Part shown: in pieces, positions 7,975-16,055 of the stretch | Layout: each line of letters opens with the position of its first letter | Position numbering within the stretch: position 1 is the stretch's first letter | DNA from: an uncultured Candidatus Saccharibacteria bacterium | Lineage (GTDB): Bacteria; Patescibacteriota; Saccharimonadia; Saccharimonadales; CAZWFS01 | Length of the DNA stretch: 64,000 bases | Direction of reading: 5' to 3' | Assembly (NCBI GenBank): GCA_964633325.1 | Contig: CAZWFS010000002.1 | Span: 25,657-89,656, forward strand | Translations under genes and position numbers: made by a program | The notes under the pieces: model-generated | Database searches by the model: none | The model's input: the letters and a program-made list of their open reading frames with translations, nothing else | What the model was told of the DNA's origin: nothing

Positions 7975-9204
7975 ATGAATATTGATGGTTTTTTCTCTAA
8001 GATACGTGATGATGAGAATTTAGATGCCAATTTTTTACACCTTACCTCGAACGAACCATTTATGTCACAAACAGCTCGAACCTTTGCGAACTCTAGGCTA
8101 GCCGATCGTTACTTTATGGGTGGTGGCGAAGATGGGTTTGTCGATCTTGAACCATTCACTACACTTGGACTCCCAGGCGTACAAGCCCTAGTTACAGCAG
8201 CAGAAGAAGCTGCTCAAGAGATGCTGCACGCCGCTTCAGTTAATCTTAGTTGCTTATCTGGTGTTCATGCCATGATGTGCGTACTGTTATCAGTAACTGA
8301 ACCGGGTGATACGGTCATGACAGTTGACCATGATCATGGCGGACACTTTGCAACCGAGAATATAGTAGCCCGTATTGGCCGCAAACGCGTCACGACCTCA
8401 TACAATTACGAAACCCTGTCTTTCGATGCTCAAGCAATAGCGCAGACTTTTAAGGAGAGTGGGGCCAGGGCTTTCTATATGGACGTTTCCTACTATCTGA
8501 ATCCCCATAATTTACGTGAAATCCGTCAGGCATTAGGTGAAGATGTAATTATTATCTATGATGCCAGTCATACTATGGGTCTTATCATGGGCCAGCAGTT
8601 CCAAGCTCCTCTTAAAGAAGGAGCTAATGTAATTTGTGCCAATACCCACAAAACGCTACCTGGTCCGCAAAAAGGAATGATTGCCTTTCGCGATGCTGAT
8701 CTTGCAGAGAGGGCCAATAGAATAATTGAGGACGGCCTCTTTTCTAGTCCACATACCGCTTCAATGATTGCTCTATCCACTACCATCCTCGAAATGAAAG
8801 AATACGGACAAGATTATGCTAAGCAAGTTATTGCTAATTCTAACGCTCTGGCAAGTGCTCTAGCCTCTCTTGGGTATAAAATCCGTAAAGCCAATACCGG
8901 ACGCTACTCAGAAAACCATCAAGTTCATGTACTAACCGAGCATATTGGTGATTATAGGGACCTATACAAGCGTTTGTACCGTAATAATACTAACGTTAAT
9001 TTTGATAGCCCGGATGTCTTCAAGCAAGGTATGTTTATTCGGCTTGGGACACAAGAGCTTACGCGTAGAGGCATGAAAGAGAGCGAGATGGAGCAGGTAG
9101 CTAACTTTCTGCACCGTGGATTACATGATGAAGTTTTTCCAAGTGAAGTGACTGACTTTATTAGACGCTATCAGCAAGCGCATTATTCTTTTGATGCAAT
9201 CTAA
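7975..9204 (+). CDS. serine hydroxymethyltransferase-family PLP enzyme (divergent)
   Basis: SHMT-like PLP-lysine motif NTHKTLPGPQKG and a fold-type I layout. No SD; TAAAAT lies 7 nt upstream of the ATG. Confidence 0.7.
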   Translation: MNIDGFFSKIRDDENLDANFLHLTSNEPFMSQTARTFANSRLADRYFMGGGEDGFVDLEPFTTLGLPGVQALVTAAEEAAQEMLHAASVNLSCLSGVHAMMCVLLSVTEPGDTVMTVDHDHGGHFATENIVARIGRKRVTTSYNYETLSFDAQAIAQTFKESGARAFYMDVSYYLNPHNLREIRQALGEDVIIIYDASHTMGLIMGQQFQAPLKEGANVICANTHKTLPGPQKGMIAFRDADLAERANRIIEDGLFSSPHTASMIALSTTILEMKEYGQDYAKQVIANSNALASALASLGYKIRKANTGRYSENHQVHVLTEHIGDYRDLYKRLYRNNTNVNFDSPDVFKQGMFIRLGTQELTRRGMKESEMEQVANFLHRGLHDEVFPSEVTDFIRRYQQAHYSFDAI

Positions 9205-9208
9205 TTTA

Positions 9209-10246
9209 TTATTTCAATTTGTTGGCGGCTGCGGTAAATGCGTCAACTTCTTCGATGGTCGTGCAATAAGAGGTCATAAATCTATAAAGATTAGTGCTGG
9301 GATCCCAGTCTTCAAAAGCAAACTGATCTCTAAGTTCTTCGGCCCGATCTACCTCCATGACTCCCCAGACGCCATTTGTTTGCACCTCTTCAGTAACATT
9401 AATTGGCGCGTCTTTGATACCCTGTCCTAGCCTACCAGCCATTGCGTTAGAGTGGGCAGCAAGCTGTAGACCAAAATCATCTTGTAACAATACGCTCCAC
9501 TGCGGAGTAATAAGACGTGCTTTTGTAACAACAAACCCCATCTGCTTTATGAGTAAATCTAGGTTTCTACCTACTTCTGGATTGGCAAAGACTACAGCTT
9601 CTCCTATGCCTAAGCCGCCGTTCTTTCCGGCACCCACAGAAATAACGTCTACACCAAGCGTGGTAGTAAAATCAGCCAAACCAATACCTAAACGAGCCGC
9701 CGCATTAAAAATTCTTGCTCCATCCATATGTACCAGTACGTCTTTTTCATGCGCCAGGTCTACTATGTCTCGTATTTCTTCTGGAGTGTATACGGTTCCT
9801 ACTTCGCTAGGCTGAGTTATACTGACTACTCCAGGCCTACCAGTGTGCTTATCGTATGTCCCGCCAAGCATACTTGCAAACATGTCTCTGTCTAGCTTGC
9901 CATGTACTGATTCCAGAGGTCGTATAGGAGATCGTGTAGCGTATTCTATGCCACCGGCTTCAAAGTTGTTAATATGCGACATATCGGTCGCCACAATAAA
10001 AGTGCCTGGGGGCGTCATTCCCCTAAGCGCAGTCACATTTGCTGCTGTGCCCCCACCGCCCACAAAGTAAACTTCACCTGTTGTACCAAATGCTTGTTGT
10101 AATTGTTCTGTGGCTGCAATTGTGAACGCATCGTCACCATAGCTCTCTGCATAGCCTGTTTGGGCTTCTATGATAGCTTGCATTATATTCGGGTGGACTG
10201 GCGCATGATGATCAGCTTCAAACGAAGGTTTTTGTAGTTGGTTCAT
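9209..10246 (-). CDS. ltaE: threonine aldolase-like PLP enzyme
   Basis: Beta-eliminating lyase/threonine aldolase N-terminus (YGDDAFT...VGGGGTAANV). Start chosen at MNQLQKP, with TGcTACAAT 10 nt upstream. Confidence 0.7.
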   Translation of the reverse strand: MNQLQKPSFEADHHAPVHPNIMQAIIEAQTGYAESYGDDAFTIAATEQLQQAFGTTGEVYFVGGGGTAANVTALRGMTPPGTFIVATDMSHINNFEAGGIEYATRSPIRPLESVHGKLDRDMFASMLGGTYDKHTGRPGVVSITQPSEVGTVYTPEEIRDIVDLAHEKDVLVHMDGARIFNAAARLGIGLADFTTTLGVDVISVGAGKNGGLGIGEAVVFANPEVGRNLDLLIKQMGFVVTKARLITPQWSVLLQDDFGLQLAAHSNAMAGRLGQGIKDAPINVTEEVQTNGVWGVMEVDRAEELRDQFAFEDWDPSTNLYRFMTSYCTTIEEVDAFTAAANKLK

Positions 10247-10335
10247 AACAATATAAATTGTAGCACAATATTGATAATATTGCAAGGTTTTACTTTACGC
10301 AACAGATTAGCACTGGGGGTAGACGTCGAGATAAG

Positions 10336-10594
10336 TTTAGCTATGGCAGCTAACAATCTTCGCCTCTGACCGCAAGCGGGCAGCACACCGACAGTCCTGA
10401 CTTTTCTCCTATTTCAATTTTTTTCGGCGGGGCGACAATCCAAAAATGCAAAAGTTAGGACTGGCGGGGCGGTCAGCCTTCGGCTGACAGGCGGCGGGGC
10501 TGGTGCTCCACGCACAGGCTCGCGTATCGCCCACGGGCTTCCGCTCGCCCTACTAGTTTTCAGCTTTTTGACATAAAATGAGTTCTAGCCTGGT
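10336..10594. repeat. right arm of the inverted repeat (carries a 93-nt insertion)
   Basis: Reverse complement of 7773-7937, with extra sequence at 10380-10472. Confidence 0.85.
10380..10472. mobile_element. MITE-like 93-nt insertion inside the right arm
   Basis: Absent from the left arm. Internal inverted repeat cagtcctgactttt / aaaagttaggactg, with GCGG on both flanks. Confidence 0.45.
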
Positions 10595-10641
10595 TGTACA
10601 AGGAGACCAGATTTATAGTTTAAAGAGGCAAAGAAGAATAT

Positions 10642-11031
10642 ATGGTACATAGTGGAGAGATACCCGATTTATCTGGGGATTGGCTTAGTAGGTACTTATA
10701 CTACAGCGACTCAGAGCAAGCGGAACGTGATACAGAACATAGGCTTAGGCTTGTACAAGTTGGAGATGATGTTACAGGCACTAGCCACCCAGATTTGACT
10801 GGCTCAGAACTTGAGCTACATCTCGTTATAAGGGGCAGGAAACTAGATGGTAGATGGCACGAAAAAACCTCCCCCAGAGGTGAGTTTAAAGGCCGAGTAC
10901 TTGAAGGCTTAGTTATGTTTGCTGTTGGAGCCGAGGGCTCACAAATAAATGGAAAACGTCTTATTTACAACCCCTTTCATGGCCGCGTAAACGTGGGCGA
11001 ATGGGTGCTCGACAAAGTGTCTAGCGAGTAA
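10642..11031 (+). CDS. hypothetical protein
   Basis: A 129-aa ORF followed by a strong terminator. Confidence 0.5.
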   Translation: MVHSGEIPDLSGDWLSRYLYYSDSEQAERDTEHRLRLVQVGDDVTGTSHPDLTGSELELHLVIRGRKLDGRWHEKTSPRGEFKGRVLEGLVMFAVGAEGSQINGKRLIYNPFHGRVNVGEWVLDKVSSE

Positions 11032-11042
11032 GTGACAAACGT

Positions 11043-11069
11043 AAAAAGTCCCTGTACGCGGGACTTTTT
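11043..11069 (+). terminator. intrinsic (potentially bidirectional) terminator
   Basis: aaaaagtccc-tgtacgc-gggacttttt. Confidence 0.75.
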
Positions 11070-11356
11070 GCTTAGCTGGGGGTTACCGAGGTGATTAAAC
11101 CTGTCGGTAAACAGGTGGGTGCTCGCACGTGTCGGCCTCGGCCGACCCAAATGTTGAGCTCCCATATGATTGGTAACAGATAATCATATACTCGGCTGCC
11201 CAGCCAAGCCCAATTATATGCTTCTGCGGCAGAATGGTCGAGAGATTTTTATCTTTTTTCCGCACACCCCGAAAACGGAAGCCAGAAATCGTCTTCACAG
11301 GCTTTCGCACTTGATTGCAGTCCGCCTGAGGTGGATGTGCCAAGTGCGAAAGCCTA

Positions 11357-12025
11357 CTAAAGGAAAAAATCTATTAGGCTCTCATTGACCATCACCACCG
11401 CCGGGCCGAGGACCGGGAAAAGTAGGAACATAAATATGATTATTGCCATGAAGCCCATAGACTCTATCTGGTACATGAACCGCTGCAGGGGCTCTGGGGC
11501 AAAGGCGTACAACAGGCGCGAACCATCAAGTGGCGGAAATGGAATCATATTGAAAACAAAGAACGCGATATTCACCTCTAAGAACAGCCTCATGACCGCA
11601 AACACCGTCGTCCCATCGGCCGCGCCAGTCAGCCGAATCAATACCGCGGTAACAGCGGCAAGCGCAAGGTTTGTTAGTGGCCCGGCGATTCCGACAAGAG
11701 CGGCACCATACTCCTCAAACTTAACGCGGGATGGATTGAATGGCACTGGCTTTGCCGCAAAGAACGGCGGGAATCCGGATAATATCAGAACCAGTGGCAA
11801 CAAAACGGTAGTGAAAAGATCTCTGTGCCTAAGCGGATTTAACGTAACCCTTCCCAAATCGCTTGCCGTCGTATCCCCTAGCCAGTGGGCTGTCATGGCA
11901 TGCATTGCCTCATGAAATCCAACGGCCAACAAGATGGAAATTATTAGGAAAAATATTTCGGTGGCCTGTAAACCTGCTGTCATATTACGTATAAGTATAG
12001 CAACTGGTATGGCCTCCTTGACCAT
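11357..12025 (-). CDS. site-2 protease family (M50) membrane metalloprotease
   Basis: HEAMHAMTAHWLGD (HExxH) within a TM helix; polytopic membrane protein. Confidence 0.75.
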   Translation of the reverse strand: MVKEAIPVAILIRNMTAGLQATEIFFLIISILLAVGFHEAMHAMTAHWLGDTTASDLGRVTLNPLRHRDLFTTVLLPLVLILSGFPPFFAAKPVPFNPSRVKFEEYGAALVGIAGPLTNLALAAVTAVLIRLTGAADGTTVFAVMRLFLEVNIAFFVFNMIPFPPLDGSRLLYAFAPEPLQRFMYQIESMGFMAIIIFMFLLFPVLGPAVVMVNESLIDFFL

Positions 12026-12076
12026 TTCTGATAAAACCTATAAAATAACACCTTGAATCTTAAGGACCTAGTAGAT

Positions 12077-12268
12077 ATGCAAATATGTGAACTTACGGGC
12101 AAGGGCAAGCAATTCGGCAACAACGTTCCCTTTTCCCAGAAAAAGACCAAGAAAGTCTGGAAGCCCAACCTGCAGACCAAAACACTGACCATAGACGGCC
12201 GCAAAGTACGTATGCAAATAAGCACCCAAGCTATAAGAACCCTCAAGAAAAAAGGCCTCCTAGTTTAG
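12077..12268 (+). CDS. rpmB: 50S ribosomal protein L28
   Basis: MQICELTGKGKQFGNNVPFSQKKTKKVWKPNLQ is typical L28. Start moved to the internal Met. Confidence 0.9.
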   Translation: MQICELTGKGKQFGNNVPFSQKKTKKVWKPNLQTKTLTIDGRKVRMQISTQAIRTLKKKGLLV

Positions 12269-12362
12269 GTTAGAGGTTATAGCTCAGCCCGTTCTCTGTT
12301 ACTTATGTAGCAGAGTATGTTTTGTAATTTCTCTGCTGTAACCTATCACCTATAACCTTTTC

Positions 12363-12989
12363 CTACTGTCTTTCTAGGACGATAAGCTGAGTGTTGTCGG
12401 TCAAGTCTATAGGCTTGATTTTTAATTTTGGTACAGTTTGGGCGGGTTCCATAGCCATACTTTTAAGCACATCCTCCAGACTTGATTGGGTCACTGGGTA
12501 CGTTAGAGCCTTGTCGGCGTAGTGTGTTGGAATGACCAGCTTAGGTTCGATCTTCTTAATAATAGCTAGCGCGCCTTCGCCGTCCATCGTATAGCCATTG
12601 CCGCCTAACGGAATAATAAGAACATCCGCGGTTCCGATGGCTTCTAGTTGCCAATCGTTAAGCTCCGGATAGATATGTCCCGTGATGACCAGACGGATAT
12701 CATCTGCAGTTATTCGGAAGACAGTAGCCGTAGATTGACCAGCTTCATCCAGATGTGAGCGCGCGGCAATGCCCTGGACAGAAACATCAGACACCTCATA
12801 TTCGCCTGGCTGGTCGATGACCAATTTGCTGTCATCAGCCGCCGTGGCGTGTGGCCCAGTTAACAGGATGACATCGCCAGATTTGGCGACGGTCTTCAGC
12901 CCAAGATCGGCAAGGTTATCATCCACTATCAAGCTGGCCTTTTTGGTAGTTATGCGCAAACAGTTAGCCCCTAAGTACTGTAATTCCAT
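12363..12989 (-). CDS. metallo-beta-lactamase-fold hydrolase-like protein
   Basis: Its overall pattern resembles the UPF0173/COG2220 family (LGANCLRI..., ...LVIPTHY). The canonical HxHxDH motif is not obvious. Confidence 0.5.
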   Translation of the reverse strand: MELQYLGANCLRITTKKASLIVDDNLADLGLKTVAKSGDVILLTGPHATAADDSKLVIDQPGEYEVSDVSVQGIAARSHLDEAGQSTATVFRITADDIRLVITGHIYPELNDWQLEAIGTADVLIIPLGGNGYTMDGEGALAIIKKIEPKLVIPTHYADKALTYPVTQSSLEDVLKSMAMEPAQTVPKLKIKPIDLTDNTQLIVLERQ

Positions 12990-13005
12990 CAAAACTCACC
13001 CCCGG

Positions 13006-13040
13006 TGAGAGAAGTGAGAAGTGAGAAGTTAGAAGTGAGT
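13006..13040. repeat. heptad tandem repeat (AAGTGAG x5; CTCACTT in gene sense)
   Basis: gtgagagaagtgagaagtgagaagttagaagtgag lies 14 nt upstream of the minus-strand start at 12992. Confidence 0.8.
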
Positions 13041-13077
13041 ATACAGCCATGCCGTTCAGATTCTTGCTTGAGGTTAT

Positions 13078-13109
13078 CCGTTCCCCGTTCCCTGTCCGCT
13101 GTCCGCTGG
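13078..13109. repeat. second short tandem repeat tract (CCGTTCC x2, CTGTCCG x2)
   Basis: ccgttccccgttccctgtccgctgtccgctgg, immediately downstream of the stop at 13114. Confidence 0.7.
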
Positions 13110-13113
13110 TATC

Positions 13114-13773
13114 TCATTCTTGCTCCTCGTTATCCGCATCATTATCGACCTTAGGCTCTAATTCGGCAACTTCAGCACCTGGCGAAATAAGATTGTGTTT
13201 ATCTATCAAAACCTGGTTTTTGGCTTCCATTACATTAGCCAGGAAACGATCTTTGACTTGCTGGCGATAGCGGAACTCCCCGACCGGCATCATGGTGTAG
13301 CGTATCTCTTTGCCTTCTTTTGCTTCTAGCTCCGAGATAAAGTGATTCAGCTTAGCCTGATTTACATCGCCTACTATCAGAAAGTCTATGCCGCTGCTCT
13401 CATCCCGTGTAAACTGGCCAGTATAAAGCGCCAATTCGACATTGCCCAAGGATTTTATAGTCTTGATTTCGCTGTCGCCACTTTCGCCTACTGTGGCCCT
13501 CTTTATCGTGGACACTGGTTCCTCACCGAATATAGCGGATAAGGCATGAAAATATTCATAGTTCTGATTAACCTCATAGTAAAGGCGGTTGTTGTTGGTG
13601 TCGGAAGATATAATGCCTATACTAAGCAGATTGGCCAGCTCACGGCGAACAGAATTGATCTGTTCATCTATCTTGCGGGTAATTTCGCGCACGTAAAAAG
13701 AACGATTGGGATTGCTATAAAACAGCCTCAATAGCTTGACTCTAGTTTTAGATCCAAATAATTGTTCTACCAT
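13114..13773 (-). CDS. putative winged-helix transcriptional regulator
   Basis: The N-terminus (TRVKLLRLFYSNPNRSFYVREITRKIDEQINSVRRELANL) resembles ArsR/MarR-type wHTH domains. Confidence 0.45.
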   Translation of the reverse strand: MVEQLFGSKTRVKLLRLFYSNPNRSFYVREITRKIDEQINSVRRELANLLSIGIISSDTNNNRLYYEVNQNYEYFHALSAIFGEEPVSTIKRATVGESGDSEIKTIKSLGNVELALYTGQFTRDESSGIDFLIVGDVNQAKLNHFISELEAKEGKEIRYTMMPVGEFRYRQQVKDRFLANVMEAKNQVLIDKHNLISPGAEVAELEPKVDNDADNEEQE

Positions 13774-13839
13774 GAAAACTTACCCCCGACTTGTTCAGCC
13801 ATAGTCATATTGTAGCAGACAAGACGCGTAACTAGACGA

Positions 13840-14736
13840 TCATTTACTCAAATAACGTGTAACAATATCTACAGCATTACTGGGGTCATCCAACCAGAGA
13901 ATACTTTTGTTACGTTTAAACCAAGTGCGCTGGCGTTTCGCCAAGCCTAAAGTGGATTTTATTATTCGAGCTTTGGTTTCTTGAACCGTCTGATTACCCT
14001 CAAAGTATGGCTGCCACTCGCGGTAGCCTATGCCTTTGAGGGCTTCACAACCCCAACCGTACTTATGCGCTAGCTTGCTCACCTCCTGCTCCAGCCCTTG
14101 GTCGATCATACGCTGTGCGCGGCGCTCAATCCGTTCCTTTAACTCTTTATGCGGAACCCTTAGGCCCAATATCAGTGTGTTAGGCCGCAGAGACTTTCTT
14201 GTAGGCCGTGCGCCCTCAGTTTCTAGCAAGCGGATAAGCCGTCGCTTGTTGCGAACATCCAGGCCGGAGTCATCCAAACCCTTGTCTGCAATAAGCTCCC
14301 GAAGCTGCTCTACAGTTTTATTATTGAGCTCTTTGCGCGCTTCTCTATCGCCCGCTGGCAAAAAACCATAGTCATATATAACGCCATCAATATATAATCC
14401 AGTTCCGCCAACTATAAATGGTAGCTTTTTCCGATTAATTATATCGCTTATGGTATTATTTGCCATACTTTTGAACACCGCGGCCGTGAAATCCTCGCAC
14501 GGGTCCACTATATCAAGCAGATGGTGCGGAACCCGGGCACGTTCCTCCGCTGATGGTTTGGCCGTCCCGATGTCCACCTCCCGGCGTACCGTCCAAGAAT
14601 CCGCACATATGATTTCCCCATTAAGTCTCACGGCCAGATCCAATGCTAGCGCGCTCTTGCCCGAGCTTGTCTCGCCGACTATGACTATAAGTTTTTCAGG
14701 CATTTTCGGTGGGAATATACTCTGGTGGTGGGACAA
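13840..14736 (-). CDS. miaA: tRNA dimethylallyltransferase
   Basis: P-loop GETSSGKS, GGTGLY motif, and full-length MiaA-like sequence. The start may be Met-12 (14703). Confidence 0.9.
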   Translation of the reverse strand: MSHHQSIFPPKMPEKLIVIVGETSSGKSALALDLAVRLNGEIICADSWTVRREVDIGTAKPSAEERARVPHHLLDIVDPCEDFTAAVFKSMANNTISDIINRKKLPFIVGGTGLYIDGVIYDYGFLPAGDREARKELNNKTVEQLRELIADKGLDDSGLDVRNKRRLIRLLETEGARPTRKSLRPNTLILGLRVPHKELKERIERRAQRMIDQGLEQEVSKLAHKYGWGCEALKGIGYREWQPYFEGNQTVQETKARIIKSTLGLAKRQRTWFKRNKSILWLDDPSNAVDIVTRYLSK

Positions 14737-15103
14737 ATAGCGCTCTTGCCATGGCTTCTTCGCATGGTGGCGTAGATTTGCTGAATGATTCCGGAAGCCT
14801 AATTTCTAACTGGAGTAACATGAGCTCAGCGTCATCGACCATATCATCCCCGAGCTGCAACGTTCCGGCTTCTATACACATACCGACTTGCCAGCTCAAC
14901 ATAAAACGGATCTCACGTATGTTCTCGACCACCCAGCCCCTGATCACTAACTCTTCATGGGGAGTGAGAATGGTATTCGGTTCACGACTATGCTGCATGA
15001 CCACTGCTTTCACCAGTAGCGCCACTTTTCCTCGGGCATAACTATATCTATCGAGTGGGGATTTTGGTACGTCAATATCTACTGGGGCTTCTAATGTATC
15101 CAC
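14696..15103 (-). CDS. hypothetical protein
   Basis: ORF only; its end overlaps the miaA start. Confidence 0.4.
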   Translation of the reverse strand: MDTLEAPVDIDVPKSPLDRYSYARGKVALLVKAVVMQHSREPNTILTPHEELVIRGWVVENIREIRFMLSWQVGMCIEAGTLQLGDDMVDDAELMLLQLEIRLPESFSKSTPPCEEAMARALFVPPPEYIPTENA

Positions 15104-15133
15104 TCAGTTACTTCCTTAGTTGAAGTATCTAGT

Positions 15134-15457
15134 CTATCTTTCATTCGGCAACCAAGCAAGTTGCCCGATATCTACGGTATAGTCTGAACTTACCACAACC
15201 CCTTCGGCTTCCAGGGCTTTTCTGTGGCCTCCCAGGCCGCCCCAGGTGTAGCCGCGGGCTAGGCCGCCTTGTTTGTTTACCACCCTTTGCCACGGTAAAT
15301 CTGCCGGCCCGAAATGAGCCATCTGCCCGACTTCCCATGCCGCATACGACGCGCCACAAAGCGCAGCGATCTGCCCATACGTCATCACTTTGCCTTTAGG
15401 AATCTGAGAGACCAGAGCATAAACCCTGCTTTTGAACTCCGCATCAACGCGTGGCAT
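15134..15457 (-). CDS. alkyltransferase-like (ATL) protein: MGMT DNA-binding domain without the catalytic Cys
   Basis: MTYGQIAA...LPWQRVVN, where MGMT has PCHRV. Start set at the internal Met (MPRVDAEF). Confidence 0.65.
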   Translation of the reverse strand: MPRVDAEFKSRVYALVSQIPKGKVMTYGQIAALCGASYAAWEVGQMAHFGPADLPWQRVVNKQGGLARGYTWGGLGGHRKALEAEGVVVSSDYTVDIGQLAWLPNER

Positions 15458-16055
15458 GATTGAAGTATCCCTCGATTTCCTTCCAATCCTTACACCGTAC
15501 AACCTCCGCAGGCAGCTCTTCCTCTTGCCAGCCGTACTTTCCGAATAAGACCGCCTGGATGCCTGCTTCCATAGCAGAAAGGCAGTGCGCAGGGTTGTCA
15601 TCAATCAGCCATTTTGCTCCAAGCCGCTTGCACACATTTCCCTTTGTCTCGGACGCGACCGAGACATGGCCCAGCAGGATGACCTGCTTAAAGACCCCGT
15701 TAAAGTAACGGTTCATCCATTGCATAGTGGCTGTTTCCATAGAAAGATCGCGGGAAGTTACTGCTAATAAATCGAACCTTTCTTTCAGATGATTAACTCC
15801 GCCTTCTGCTCCCGCAACTGGAAATACGTCATCCTGGTTCGTTCTCAACGCTTCATGGAAATCTCCGAATAAGGTTGGATCGGCTATGCTATAGTTCTGC
15901 CATACCTTTTCATAGTAGCCCCAGTATGGAGCACTGATTAGATAGCTGTCCTTGTTTAGGCTGAGTCCTGTGCGCCGGTTCACAAAATGACGTAAGGTCT
16001 CAGTAGTATCGGCAATTACGTCATCAATATCAATTGCGATCATCCCTGTACTCAC
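15444..16055 (-). CDS. HAD-superfamily 5'(3')-deoxyribonucleotidase-like protein
   Basis: Motif I IAIDIDDVI and an NT5C-like length. Confidence 0.6.
   Translation of the reverse strand: MSTGMIAIDIDDVIADTTETLRHFVNRRTGLSLNKDSYLISAPYWGYYEKVWQNYSIADPTLFGDFHEALRTNQDDVFPVAGAEGGVNHLKERFDLLAVTSRDLSMETATMQWMNRYFNGVFKQVILLGHVSVASETKGNVCKRLGAKWLIDDNPAHCLSAMEAGIQAVLFGKYGWQEEELPAEVVRCKDWKEIEGYFNHATR

Noticed and set aside
7374-8030. Track ORFs 7374-7571, 7445-7663 and 7791-8030 (all minus strand).
   Set aside because: They run through the tRNA-Pro fragment and gene and through the inverted-repeat arm. Their Arg/Ser/Gly-rich low-complexity translations are typical of GC-rich non-coding repeats.
11032-11356. 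Small ORFs (10977-11165, 11095-11343, 11170-11388) and a possible ncRNA in the 325-bp gap.
   Set aside because: The ORFs overlap one another and have no RBS or motifs. The region has hairpins (acctgt/acaggt; gtcggcc/ggccgac; a 15-bp aggctttcgcacttg stem at ~11302-11355 downstream of the M50 protease gene), but I cannot assign a function beyond likely termination.
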